Origin: Candidatus Eiseniibacteriota bacterium
Lineage (GTDB): Bacteria > Eisenbacteria > RBG-16-71-46
Length of the DNA: 64,000 nucleotides
Direction: 5' to 3'
Assembly (NCBI GenBank): GCA_963717505.1
Contig: OY970342.1
Span: 3,008,001-3,072,000, forward strand
This document shows, one piece after another, positions 50,996 through 60,748 of this stretch. Under the pieces are notes generated by a model. That model saw only the letters and a program-made list of their open reading frames with translations. It ran no database searches and was not told the origin of the DNA. The position numbers and the translations under genes were made by a program. Every line of letters starts with the position of its first letter. Position 1 is the stretch's first letter.

Positions 50996-52065
50996 TGCGC
51001 GTCGCCTTCGTCGGCGCCTACGACCCGGCCTATCCGCGGAACCTGATCCTGCGCGAAGGCCTGCGCTCGGCCGGCGCCGAGGTGATCGGGTGCGACGTGC
51101 CGGAGCGCCGCGCGATCTTTCGGTATCCCGAGCTGGCAGCGCGAATTCTCTCGCGGGCGCGCACCGCGGACGTCTGGCTGGTTCCGGAATTCCGTCACAA
51201 AGACATGCCGCTCGCGCGCCTGCTCGCCGGCCGCCGGCCGCTGGTGTTCGATCCGCTGGTTTCGCGCTGGGACACGCTGGTCGGCGACTGGGAGCTGCAC
51301 GCCCGCGATTCGTGGCAGGCGCGATGGAATCGTGGGATCGACCGGATGGCGCTCCGTGCCGCGGATCTGGTGCTGTGCGACACCTGGGAACACGGCGCCC
51401 TGTTCGAGTCGCTGGGCGCCCCTCGCGAGCGGATCCGCCGCGTGCTGGTCGGCGCCGAGCGGTCGTTCTTCGAAATCGGCCCGCCGCCCGCGACCGGGGT
51501 GGCGCGCGTGCTCTACTTGGGAGGGTTCCTGCCGTTGCACGGAGTGCCGGTGATCCTCGAGGCGGCGACCCTGTTGTCCGCGCGCAGCGATCTGCCACCT
51601 TACGTGATCGAGCTCGCCGGACGCGGGATCGAGTACGAATCGGTGCGCACCGAAGCCCGCCGGCGCGGGCTCGCGAATCTCGAACTGTCCGGCCCCGCGC
51701 CCTACGCCGAAGCGCCGGCGCGCTTCGCCGGCGCCGAGATCGTGCTCGGCGCCTTCGGCACCACCGAGAAAGCCGGGCGCGTGATTCCGCACAAGGTCTA
51801 TCAGGGTCTCGCGTCCGGACGCGCGGTGGTGACCGGCGACAGTCCGGCGTTCCGCGAGGTATTCACTCCCTCGATTCATGCGTGGACCGTGCCGCGCGGC
51901 GATCCGGGAGCGCTGGCGGAGGCACTCGGCCAGTTGCTGCGCCACCCCGAACGCCGGCGCGAGCTCGGGGCTCGTGGCCGCGCCCGTGCGCTGGAAGTGG
52001 CGACTCCGGAAGCGATCGGGCGCGGACTGCTCACCGCGATCGAGGAAGTCCGGGCGCGGCGATGA
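50995..52065 (+). CDS. GT4 family glycosyltransferase
   Basis: YPRNLILREGL, VLYLGGFLPLHGV, RVIPHKVYQGLASGRAVVT, GDPGALAEAL. Confidence 0.88.
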   Translation: MRVAFVGAYDPAYPRNLILREGLRSAGAEVIGCDVPERRAIFRYPELAARILSRARTADVWLVPEFRHKDMPLARLLAGRRPLVFDPLVSRWDTLVGDWELHARDSWQARWNRGIDRMALRAADLVLCDTWEHGALFESLGAPRERIRRVLVGAERSFFEIGPPPATGVARVLYLGGFLPLHGVPVILEAATLLSARSDLPPYVIELAGRGIEYESVRTEARRRGLANLELSGPAPYAEAPARFAGAEIVLGAFGTTEKAGRVIPHKVYQGLASGRAVVTGDSPAFREVFTPSIHAWTVPRGDPGALAEALGQLLRHPERRRELGARGRARALEVATPEAIGRGLLTAIEEVRARR

Positions 52066-53174
52066 AAGTGCTCCACTTCGATACCGGCCGGGACTGGCGC
52101 GGAGGACAGGCCCAGGTGCTGCTGTTGCTCGAGGGGTTGGCCGCACTCGGCGCCGAGTCGGTGCTGGCGGCACCCGAGGGACCGTTGCTCGAACGCGCAC
52201 GGTCGGCGGGGTTCTCGGTCCACGAATGGCCGAGCGGGGGCGACTGGGATCTGTGGGCGGCCCGGCGCGCCCGCGTCGCGATTGCGCGCGAGCGGCCGAG
52301 CGTCGTCCACCTGCACAGCGCGCGCGCCCATGCGCTCGGCGTGCCGGCTGCACACGGCGAGGGGGTGCGCGCGATCGTGGTCAGTCGCCGCGTGGTGATT
52401 CCCCCGGGACGCGATCCGTGGTCGCGGCGCAAGTACCGGTTGCCGGTCGATCGCTACTTGTGCGTGAGCGAAGCGGTGCGGGCGGTGCTGGTCGCGGCCG
52501 GCGTGCCCGAGGCCCGGACCCAGGTGGTTCCGAGCGGGATTCCGCTCGTGCGCTGGCGGGAGCGCGCGCGAGCGCCGGGCGAGGATCTGAGGGCCACGCT
52601 GGGCGTCGAAGCGAGCTCGGCGATCCTGGGAACCGTGGCGTCGCTGACGAGCGAGAAGAATCACATGATGCTGCTGCGCGTCGCCGATCGGCTGCGCGAT
52701 CTCGAGCCACGGGTTCACCTGGTGTGGGTCGGCGATGGCCCGCTGGGCGCCGAGCTCGCACGGGCGCGCGACCGAATGAATCTCGCCGAGCGCGTGCACC
52801 TGCTCGGCCGGCGTGACGAGGTGGCCACGCTCACGCGTCAGTTCACGCTGGCTCTGGTGGCCTCGCGTCACGAAGGCTTCTGCGGGGCCGCGGTGGAAGC
52901 CATGGCGCTCGGCGTTCCGGTGATCGCGACCGCGGTCGGCGGTATTCCCGAAGTGGTTCCGGTCGAGGCCGGGGGACTGGTTCCCAACGACGACGCCGGG
53001 GCGATGGCCGAGCGGGTTCGCGGGCTGCTGCTCGACGCGGCCGATCGTGCGCGATGCTCGGCCGCGGCCACCGCGGCCGCCGAGAGATTCGACAGCGCGC
53101 GCACCGCGCGCGAGACGTTCGGCGCCTACCGGGATCTGCTGCAATCCCGGAATGCCGGGGAGCCTCGCGCGTAG
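52062..53174 (+). CDS. GT4 family glycosyltransferase
   Basis: WRGGQAQ, VVHLHS, EKNH, EGFCGAAVEAMALGVPVIATAVGGIPEVV. Confidence 0.92.
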   Translation: MKVLHFDTGRDWRGGQAQVLLLLEGLAALGAESVLAAPEGPLLERARSAGFSVHEWPSGGDWDLWAARRARVAIARERPSVVHLHSARAHALGVPAAHGEGVRAIVVSRRVVIPPGRDPWSRRKYRLPVDRYLCVSEAVRAVLVAAGVPEARTQVVPSGIPLVRWRERARAPGEDLRATLGVEASSAILGTVASLTSEKNHMMLLRVADRLRDLEPRVHLVWVGDGPLGAELARARDRMNLAERVHLLGRRDEVATLTRQFTLALVASRHEGFCGAAVEAMALGVPVIATAVGGIPEVVPVEAGGLVPNDDAGAMAERVRGLLLDAADRARCSAAATAAAERFDSARTARETFGAYRDLLQSRNAGEPRA

Positions 53175-53247
53175 CTTGCCCGGGGCCTGACATCACGGGG
53201 GTCGAATAAGGCATCGAAGATGCCGAAACCCCTTAGGCCCCCTGGGC

Positions 53248-53276
53248 TTGACGCTCCCTGGGTCGGGAGCTAGCCT
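53248..53276 (+). promoter_or_regulatory. Putative sigma70 promoter for rseP-tamA-tamB
   Basis: TTGACG, 17 nt, TAGCCT; spacer inverted repeat GCTCCC/GGGAGC. Confidence 0.6.
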
Positions 53277-53303
53277 GCGGCAAATGCCTTTACTGGTAAG
53301 GAC

Positions 53304-54713
53304 TTGACCGTGTTCTGGAACGCCGTGCTGCCGGGCGTTGCCCTGCTTGGCTTCGTCATCTTCGTTCACGAGCTGGGCCACTTCCTCATGGCCAAGTGGC
53401 GCGGCGTGCGCGTGCTCCGATTCTCCCTCGGCTTCGGCCCGCGGATGATTGGCTTCACCCGCGGCGAAACCGAGTATCGCCTGGCGTGGATCCCCTTCGG
53501 GGGATACGTCCAGATGGCGGGCGACAGCCCGGATCCCGACGGTGCCATGCCCGCGAGCCCCGACGAGTTCCTGTCGCACCCCTGGTACGGACGACTGCTG
53601 ATCGCGGCCGCCGGCCCCGCGGCCAACCTGATCACCGCGTTCGTGGTCATGTGCGCGGTCGGCATGGTCGGGGTCAGCTACCCCGACTTCCCGAACGTCG
53701 TCGGGGCGACCCCCGACACCAGCATCGCCGCCCAGCACGGTGTGCGCGAAGGCGACCGCATCGTCTCGGTGGCCGGACGGCCGATCGCGAGCTGGGTGCC
53801 GATCTTCGTCGCTCATTCCGAGACGCCGCGCAGCCAGCCGCTCGAGATCCGAATCGAACGGAACGGCGTCGAGCAGGTGATTCCGCTCACCGCGGATCAA
53901 CGCGAACCGTTCTTCTCGAGCCTCAGGCGCCCGGAGGTGCCGGCGGTGGTCGGCGCGGTGGTCACCGGCATGCCGGCCTACAAGGCCGGGGTGCGCGAGG
54001 GCGATCGCATCGTGTCGGTCAACGGCAAGCCGATTCACGCCTGGGGGGATCTGCCCGAAGCACTCAAAGGCACCGTCGACCAGAAGGTGCGCCTCGCGCT
54101 CGAACGGGAAGGCCGTGCAATCGAAGTCGAGGTGGTGCCGATGGATCCGGAAGGCCGCGGCGTCGAGAACGCGCGCATCGGCATCGAAGCGCCGCGCCAG
54201 GGGAGCTTCGTCCAGCGCTATGGTCCGCTCGAGTCGCTCGAGCTGGGTGCTCGCGGCACCGTGGCCCTGGTCGGCAGCGTCTACGGCGGCATGTGGCTCA
54301 CGCTCTCGCGACCGCTCTACTACCGCGAGTACGTCGGCGGCCCTTTGTTCATCGCGCAGGCGGCGAGCGAGCAGGCGCGGCGTGGATTCGACTCCTATCT
54401 GCAATTCCTGGCAATGATCAATGTCGCCATCATGGCGTTCAATCTGTTGCCGCTGCCGATTCTCGACGGCGGTCACATCCTGCTTGCCCTGATCGAGGCC
54501 ATCCGCCGTCAGACCATCTCGGCGCGCACCTACCTGCGCTTCCAGCAGGCCGGACTCGTGATCATGGGGGCCCTGCTGGTCCTGATCCTGGCCAACGACC
54601 CGCTGCGCGTGATCCAGCGCCAGCGTGCCCTCGGCAAGACACAATCGACGACGACCGCTTCCCCAGAAGCCTCTGCTCCCGAGGAGAATCCGGTTGTCCC
54701 CACTCCGCCCTAG
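53304..54713 (+). CDS. rseP: RIP metalloprotease RseP
   Basis: HELGH, FSLGFGP, IPFGGYV, AGPAAN, two PDZ domains, NLLPLPILDGG. Confidence 0.96.
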   Translation: MTVFWNAVLPGVALLGFVIFVHELGHFLMAKWRGVRVLRFSLGFGPRMIGFTRGETEYRLAWIPFGGYVQMAGDSPDPDGAMPASPDEFLSHPWYGRLLIAAAGPAANLITAFVVMCAVGMVGVSYPDFPNVVGATPDTSIAAQHGVREGDRIVSVAGRPIASWVPIFVAHSETPRSQPLEIRIERNGVEQVIPLTADQREPFFSSLRRPEVPAVVGAVVTGMPAYKAGVREGDRIVSVNGKPIHAWGDLPEALKGTVDQKVRLALEREGRAIEVEVVPMDPEGRGVENARIGIEAPRQGSFVQRYGPLESLELGARGTVALVGSVYGGMWLTLSRPLYYREYVGGPLFIAQAASEQARRGFDSYLQFLAMINVAIMAFNLLPLPILDGGHILLALIEAIRRQTISARTYLRFQQAGLVIMGALLVLILANDPLRVIQRQRALGKTQSTTTASPEASAPEENPVVPTPP

Positions 54714-56661
54714 CGGAAGCGCGCGCGCGGCGCTCGGGACGCTCGCGCTGGCGCTGTGGGTTGCGTTCCCCGCGGGGCTTCGCGCCCAAGTCGACATCCC
54801 GAATGAGCTCGCGACCGTGGATCGCGTTCGCTTCGAAGGCCGCCGCAAGGTGCCCGAGAAGACGCTGCGCGCCGCGATCAAGACGCGCTCGAGTCGCCTG
54901 CTCGGGGGCGATCGGCCGTTGCTGCGCGCCGACTTCCTGAAGGTCGACACGCTCGCGATTCGCGACGTCTACCGCCAGAACGGCTTTCTCGACGCCCACG
55001 TCGACGTCGGCATCGCCTCGTCGCGCGACCCGGGCTCGGTCGAAGTCACGTTCCTGATCGCGGAGGGTCCACGCACCAAGTTCGGCAGCATCACGTTTAC
55101 CGGCGTCATCGGGGTGCCGCACGACCAGCTGCGGCGGCGGCTGCATTCGCGCACCGGCCGGGTGTTCAACCCCTACTTCCTCAAGGCCGACGCCACTCGC
55201 ATCGTCGCCGTCTATCACGATCGCGGCCAGTTCCCTGAAGTGGCGGCGACTACGACCCGCGAGGAGCAGCAGATCCACGTCAACTTCGAGGTCAACGAGG
55301 GGCCGGTGTACCACTTCGGTGCGGTGACCGTGCGCGCCACCGATTCGCTGGGGGTGAGCGAGAGCTTCGTCCGCCGCGAGCTGGTGATGAAGGAGGGCGA
55401 GGTCTACCGCTCGTCGCGGGTCGAGCAGTCGGTCGAGCGCCTGTACGAGACCAATGTCTTCCGCCAGGTCCAGATGGTGCCGCACGTCGACTCGGTCGGC
55501 ACCGTGGTGCCGTTCGACCTGCGCCTGGCGCCGCGGCCGCCCCGATGGCTCGACGCGGGGATCGGCAGCGGCACCGCCGAACGCCTGCAGGGCGCCGTCC
55601 AGTGGGGCCACCGAAACCTCGGGTCGCGCGGCATGCAGGGCGTGCTCGAGGGCCGGCTGGCGCTCGACGCCGACGGACACTTCCAGCGGGCCCGGCTCTC
55701 GGCGTCGGTCGCCGAGCCGTGGCTGTTCGCGACCCGTACCCGCGGTCTGGTCACGCTGTATCTCGAAGAGCAGCACGACCGCACCGACCCGCGGGTCCTG
55801 TTCGAAACCGAGACCAAGGGCATCACCTTCGAGGCGCGCCGGCAGCCCGGGCGTTTCACACGCGTCGCGCTGATCCAGGACAACGCGTTCGTCATCCAGG
55901 ACTTCACGTTTCGCGACCCGAACCTGGATCCCGCGATTCGCGACTCGCTGATCGCGGACGTGATTCCGTCCTACCGCACCCATCGATTGGCGCTGGCGGT
56001 GGTCCGCGACACGCGCGACGACCCGATCCGGATGACCCGCGGCTCCTATCAGACGCTGGCCGGCGAGGTCGCGAGCGGCCCGGCCAAGGAAGCCGGATTC
56101 ACCAAGGAACAGTTCATCTCGTCGTGGTACTCGCCGCAGCGCGGCGGCCGCTGGATCCTGGCGACCCGGGTGCGCGCCGGGGTGATCCAGCCGTTCGGCG
56201 ATCGGGTGCAGTTCTCGCCGCAGCCCGAGCTGGACTCCGAAGTCGAGCGCGTGCCGCAGGTCGATCGCTTCCGATTGGGCGGTGTCAACACCGTGCGCGG
56301 CTACGACGAAAATCAGATCGCCCCGCTCGGCGGCCTGCTGTTGCTGCAGGCCAATGTCGAGCTGCGGTTTTCGGTATGGGGGCCGTTCGGCATCGAGGCC
56401 TACATCGACGCCGGCAACGTCTGGGAGCGGCCGACCGACATTCAGGACGCGCATGTGTTCCCCGATCCCGGCGACGAGCTCTACGGCGAAAACGACGTGC
56501 GCTGGGCGGCGGGAATCGGTCCCCAACTGATGTTGCCGTTCGGTCCTTTGCGCATGGACTTCAGCTGGTGGCCGCAGCCCGACATCGTGAGCGACGGCGA
56601 GCAGCTGCGGCGGGTGCACGCACGCGGCTCGTGGCAGTTCGCGATCGGCCCGAGCTTCTGA
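54694..56661 (+). CDS. Omp85 family outer-membrane protein with POTRA domains (TamA-like)
   Basis: Signal peptide, ~3 POTRA-like repeats, barrel motifs GGVNTVRGY and FGPLRMD, terminal FAIGPSF; TTG 54694 after GAGGAG; upstream of a TamB-like gene. Confidence 0.88.
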   Translation: MSPLRPSGSARAALGTLALALWVAFPAGLRAQVDIPNELATVDRVRFEGRRKVPEKTLRAAIKTRSSRLLGGDRPLLRADFLKVDTLAIRDVYRQNGFLDAHVDVGIASSRDPGSVEVTFLIAEGPRTKFGSITFTGVIGVPHDQLRRRLHSRTGRVFNPYFLKADATRIVAVYHDRGQFPEVAATTTREEQQIHVNFEVNEGPVYHFGAVTVRATDSLGVSESFVRRELVMKEGEVYRSSRVEQSVERLYETNVFRQVQMVPHVDSVGTVVPFDLRLAPRPPRWLDAGIGSGTAERLQGAVQWGHRNLGSRGMQGVLEGRLALDADGHFQRARLSASVAEPWLFATRTRGLVTLYLEEQHDRTDPRVLFETETKGITFEARRQPGRFTRVALIQDNAFVIQDFTFRDPNLDPAIRDSLIADVIPSYRTHRLALAVVRDTRDDPIRMTRGSYQTLAGEVASGPAKEAGFTKEQFISSWYSPQRGGRWILATRVRAGVIQPFGDRVQFSPQPELDSEVERVPQVDRFRLGGVNTVRGYDENQIAPLGGLLLLQANVELRFSVWGPFGIEAYIDAGNVWERPTDIQDAHVFPDPGDELYGENDVRWAAGIGPQLMLPFGPLRMDFSWWPQPDIVSDGEQLRRVHARGSWQFAIGPSF

Positions 56662-56671
56662 CGGCGGGACC

Positions 56672-59600
56672 ATGACCCCTACCGACTCGCAGAACGACTC
56701 GCCGGAGCCCGCGGCCGAGGAACCCAAGCCCGAAGGGCTGGTCGAGGAGCTGCGCCAGGAAGCGCGCGAGCTGCGCGAGGAAGCGCGCGAGATCACCGAA
56801 GAGATCGGACACGCGGTCGAGGAAGTGGTCGAACACGTGCCGAAGCCGGTCCGCTGGACGGTCGGCAAGCTGGTTTGGATCAGCGCGCTCGCGTTCGTGG
56901 GCCTGATCGTCCTGGCCCTGGTTTCGACCGCACTCTATCTGGCGAACCACACCGAGCTGGTGGCGCGCGAGCTGACGCTGGTGGTCAACGGCGTGATCGG
57001 CCAGCGCAGCAACCTGCAGATCGAGGTCAAAGACCTCAAGGGCAACCCGTTCCAGCACGTGCGGCTGATTCAGCCGCGGGTCCGGTTCACCGGACGCGAC
57101 GGTCCGGTTCTGCTCGAAGCCCCGTGGATGGAGTTTCGCAACCTGCCGTTCGGCATGCTGGTGCCCGGTCGCCAGGAAATCGAGGTGGTGATCGAGTCGC
57201 CGACCATCCACGTGAGGCGCGGCGCCGACGGCAAGCTGCGATTGCCGGAATGGCGCGGTGGCCCCTCGCGCCCGGGGCAGGCGGGCAAGTCTCGGAACCT
57301 GGTCGCAAACCTCGTGCTGCGCGGCGGAACCATCGAGATCGACGGACTCGATTCGATCCAGGGTCTGACCGTCGAGGCCGAAGCCACGACCACTCCCGGA
57401 CGCGTGGTGCTGCGCAAGCTCGCGTGGGTACGGGGCCCGTGGGACACGCGCGATGTCGAAGTCACCGGCGAGATGCTCGCGGGCGACAGCGTGCGCGTGC
57501 GAATCCAGCGCCTGCACACCGCCGACCTGGACCTGCGGGCCACGGCCGCCTGGAAGCCCGGACAGAGCGAGCGCGTGGTCCACGCCGAGATCGACCGGGT
57601 GACCTGGCGCTGGCTGTCGCGCGCCACCGGAAATCGTACGCTCGACGTGCCGGGGAGCGGACGTGCGGTGGTCGACGGGCGGGGCTCTGAGGAATGGAAC
57701 GGACAGTTCACCAGCGAGCTGGAGTGGAACGGGCTCGCGGCCAAGGGTGGTGGCGAGCTGCACTGGGCGGCGGGCCGGCTGTCGCTGGTGCCGCTCAACG
57801 TCGAATCGGCCGCCGGCCGGCTCGACGGCGACGTGGCGTGGTCCAAGCAGAGCTGGGAGGTGGGTGGTGAGGTCGAGAACGGCGATCCCGAACAGTGGAA
57901 GTCGATCGGAATCGTCGGCTGGCCGAAAGGGCGCGTACAGGGTGCTTTTCGCTACGTGGTCGACACCCGCACGCGCGTACCTTCCGCCGAGCTGACCGCG
58001 ACGCTCGGTCCCTCGGAGCTGTCCGGCTGGCGTGCGGATCAAGGCACGGTCGAGGTGCACTTTCGCGCGGTCGGCGCCGACAGCTTCTGGGTGCACACCG
58101 AGCGCCGCTCGGGAACCTTGGAGCTGATCGGCGCCGCCACCGGTTCCGGATGGCAGGGGAGCTTCCGGGCCGAGAAGCTGCCGCTCGACGAGTGGCCCGA
58201 GGGCCGGGCGTCGGGGATCCGCGGCACATTGGTCCAGGGCGCGGGCACGGTGGCCGGCGTGCCCGGGGCGCTCCATGTGTCCGGGAAACTCGAGGGCGCC
58301 GAGACCGACTGGCTCGGGATCCACGCCGCGCGTTGGCGACTCGAGCAACTCGACGGCCGCATGCTGCCGACGCCGGATCTGCGGACCCTCGCGCATCTCG
58401 ACGACGTCACCTTCCTCGGAGTCCACTTCGACAGCGTGCGCTCGCCGCTGGCGCTCGGCGACGCGACCCTCGCGATCACGGCACTCGAGGCTTCGGCGAG
58501 CGACAGCGTGCTCACCTGCTCGGGCAGCACGCGCTGGTCCGACCAGGGCTGGCGTCTCGAGCTGGAACCGGCGCGATTGCGAAGCTCATCGTTCGACTGG
58601 CGCGCGCGCGGGCCGGTGATCCTGTCCGGAAACCCACGCGGGGTGGATTTCGAGCGGTTCGAGGCGCAGGACGGCGAGGCCGCAGTGACCGCGGCCGGAC
58701 GCTGGGCCGGACCGGGGGGCAGCTACGAGTGGCGGGCGCGCGCCTCCGGGCTCGATCTCTCCCGGCTCGGTCTGCCGCCCGAGATCCAGTTGACCGGTAG
58801 AGCCGATGTCGCGCTCGACATCGACGGCGTCTCGGGCGATCCCCGCTGGCGTCTTGCAGCCGAGGTTTCGCGGCCCGGCTACCAAGGGCACCGCGGCGAC
58901 ACGCTGGCGTTCGGGTTGGCCGGCGCGCCCGGCGAAGTCTCGGTTGAACGTTCCCATTTCGGCCTGGGCGCCGGCCGGATCATGACCACGGGTGCGTTCC
59001 ATCGCATGCAGCCGATCTGGCCCGACACGCTGCAGGTGCCCGCGATCCAGCGTTGGCTGTTGGGTGCCGCCACCTGCGAGGGCGAGGTGCGGGTCGAGCG
59101 CTTCCCATTGGGGCGCCTGGCCGGGATCGCACCGGTGGCGCGCGATTGGTCCGGGGCGGCGGGCGGACGGCTGCGCCTGAACGGGAGCCCGGGAGCCCCG
59201 GTGATCGACCTCGAGATCGACGGCGAGCCGGTGGCCTGGCGCGGACTCGGGTTCGACGACGTGCGGGTGCGCGCCCGCTACGCGGGCGGCACGTTCGAAG
59301 TGCGCGAGGGGCAGGCGACGCGCGGCGGGCTCCAGTCCAGTGTGCACGGGCGCATTCCGATGCGCGTGCGACTCGGCGCGCCGATCGAGATTCCCGAGGA
59401 ACCGATGCAGTGGCGCGCCGACATTCCGACCGGCGACCTGGCGATGCTCGGGCGCATCATTCCGCAGATCGGCGCCATGTCGGGCAAGTTCACCCTGCAC
59501 GCCGACGTCGCCGGCACCCCGCGGCACCCCGATCTCGACGGCGTGATGGCGATTCGCGACGGGCGCATGCGCATGGCCGGCCGCGAGGAAGTGGTCGAGG

Positions 59601-60748
59601 ACTTGTCGGCGCGCATCCGACTCGACGAGTCGCGAGTCACGGTCGACTCGCTGGTCGCCCGGCAGGGACGGCGCGGCCGGGTGACCGGGAGCGGGGTCGC
59701 CGAGTTCGTCGAAGGTCGTCTTCAGGGCTATCGCTTCGACCTCGACCTGAAGGAGGTCGCAGCGATCGAAACCGGCGTCTACGCCGCCCTGTTCGACGGC
59801 CAGATGCGGGTGACCGACGGGCCGACGGTCAACGGGCAGATGCTGCCGTTCGTCTCGGGACACATCGACATTCGCCAGGCGGCGATCCAGTACAACTTCG
59901 TCAGCGTCAGCGAAGCCGAAGCCGTCGCCCAGACGGTACAGCCGCTCTACTGGACCTATCGGCTGCAAGTCCGTGCGAACAACAACGTCCACTGGGAGCC
60001 GCCCGAGGGTGACATCGAGTTCAGCGTCAATCTGGACGTGGAACAGACGCCCGCACAGCTCATTCTGTTCGGGGAGATGCACGCGATCCGGGGTACCTAC
60101 TGGTTCCTGAGCAATCGTTTCAGGGTTCAGCGCGCGGACCTTTCGTTCGATCACCTGACCGGGGTGGACCCTGTGATCGACGCGGAGGCGACGACCCAGA
60201 TTGCCGATACCACCAAGACCGAAGTCACGGTGCTGCTCAGTGGACGGGCGAGCGAGCCGACGATCCGGTTCGAGAGCGACCCGCCCAAGGACGAGGCCAT
60301 GATCCTTCGGGACCTGACCCTGGGCGTCGAGACCGGCGTGGCGACGACCATCGGAGACCCGGTGGACAACTATCTGACGCGCGCGGTGAACCGCACGCTT
60401 TCCGAGGAGATGTCGCGCGTGTTCCAGGGGTACATCAGCGAGTGGGAGCTGGAGCGCGAGCGGGGTGGTCTGCTGGCCGGCGAGGGGGACGTGATCCTCG
60501 GGGTCGGCACCCAGGTCACGCCGCAGCTCTCGCTCCGCTATCGCGAGCGGATTCCCGGGACCGGGCGCGCGGTGGGCGCCGACCTGGAGGAGGAGCTGTT
60601 CAATCGTGACATCGAAGCGGAGTATCGGGTGAGCCGGCTGATCTACATTACTTCCGGAGTCCGTCAGCGGCGGTCGTCGAGCTTGACCACCGGCTCGACC
60701 GTCGGCACCGACTTCAACGTCAATCTGAAGGCGCGGTGGGAGTACTGA
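56672..60748 (+). CDS. Translocation/assembly module TamB-like (AsmA/DUF490) protein
   Basis: N-terminal TM anchor, long Gly/beta-rich body, C-terminal DUF490-like region (GTYWFLSNRF, DPVIDAEA, LSGRASEPTIRFESDP), terminal ARWEY. Confidence 0.85.
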   Translation: MTPTDSQNDSPEPAAEEPKPEGLVEELRQEARELREEAREITEEIGHAVEEVVEHVPKPVRWTVGKLVWISALAFVGLIVLALVSTALYLANHTELVARELTLVVNGVIGQRSNLQIEVKDLKGNPFQHVRLIQPRVRFTGRDGPVLLEAPWMEFRNLPFGMLVPGRQEIEVVIESPTIHVRRGADGKLRLPEWRGGPSRPGQAGKSRNLVANLVLRGGTIEIDGLDSIQGLTVEAEATTTPGRVVLRKLAWVRGPWDTRDVEVTGEMLAGDSVRVRIQRLHTADLDLRATAAWKPGQSERVVHAEIDRVTWRWLSRATGNRTLDVPGSGRAVVDGRGSEEWNGQFTSELEWNGLAAKGGGELHWAAGRLSLVPLNVESAAGRLDGDVAWSKQSWEVGGEVENGDPEQWKSIGIVGWPKGRVQGAFRYVVDTRTRVPSAELTATLGPSELSGWRADQGTVEVHFRAVGADSFWVHTERRSGTLELIGAATGSGWQGSFRAEKLPLDEWPEGRASGIRGTLVQGAGTVAGVPGALHVSGKLEGAETDWLGIHAARWRLEQLDGRMLPTPDLRTLAHLDDVTFLGVHFDSVRSPLALGDATLAITALEASASDSVLTCSGSTRWSDQGWRLELEPARLRSSSFDWRARGPVILSGNPRGVDFERFEAQDGEAAVTAAGRWAGPGGSYEWRARASGLDLSRLGLPPEIQLTGRADVALDIDGVSGDPRWRLAAEVSRPGYQGHRGDTLAFGLAGAPGEVSVERSHFGLGAGRIMTTGAFHRMQPIWPDTLQVPAIQRWLLGAATCEGEVRVERFPLGRLAGIAPVARDWSGAAGGRLRLNGSPGAPVIDLEIDGEPVAWRGLGFDDVRVRARYAGGTFEVREGQATRGGLQSSVHGRIPMRVRLGAPIEIPEEPMQWRADIPTGDLAMLGRIIPQIGAMSGKFTLHADVAGTPRHPDLDGVMAIRDGRMRMAGREEVVEDLSARIRLDESRVTVDSLVARQGRRGRVTGSGVAEFVEGRLQGYRFDLDLKEVAAIETGVYAALFDGQMRVTDGPTVNGQMLPFVSGHIDIRQAAIQYNFVSVSEAEAVAQTVQPLYWTYRLQVRANNNVHWEPPEGDIEFSVNLDVEQTPAQLILFGEMHAIRGTYWFLSNRFRVQRADLSFDHLTGVDPVIDAEATTQIADTTKTEVTVLLSGRASEPTIRFESDPPKDEAMILRDLTLGVETGVATTIGDPVDNYLTRAVNRTLSEEMSRVFQGYISEWELERERGGLLAGEGDVILGVGTQVTPQLSLRYRERIPGTGRAVGADLEEELFNRDIEAEYRVSRLIYITSGVRQRRSSSLTTGSTVGTDFNVNLKARWEY
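56747..56794 (+). repeat. 21-bp in-frame tandem repeat in the TamB N-terminus
   Basis: GAGCTGCGCCAGGAAGCGCGC / GAGCTGCGCGAGGAAGCGCGC / GAGATC, encoding ELRQEAR-ELREEAR-EI. Confidence 0.6.
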
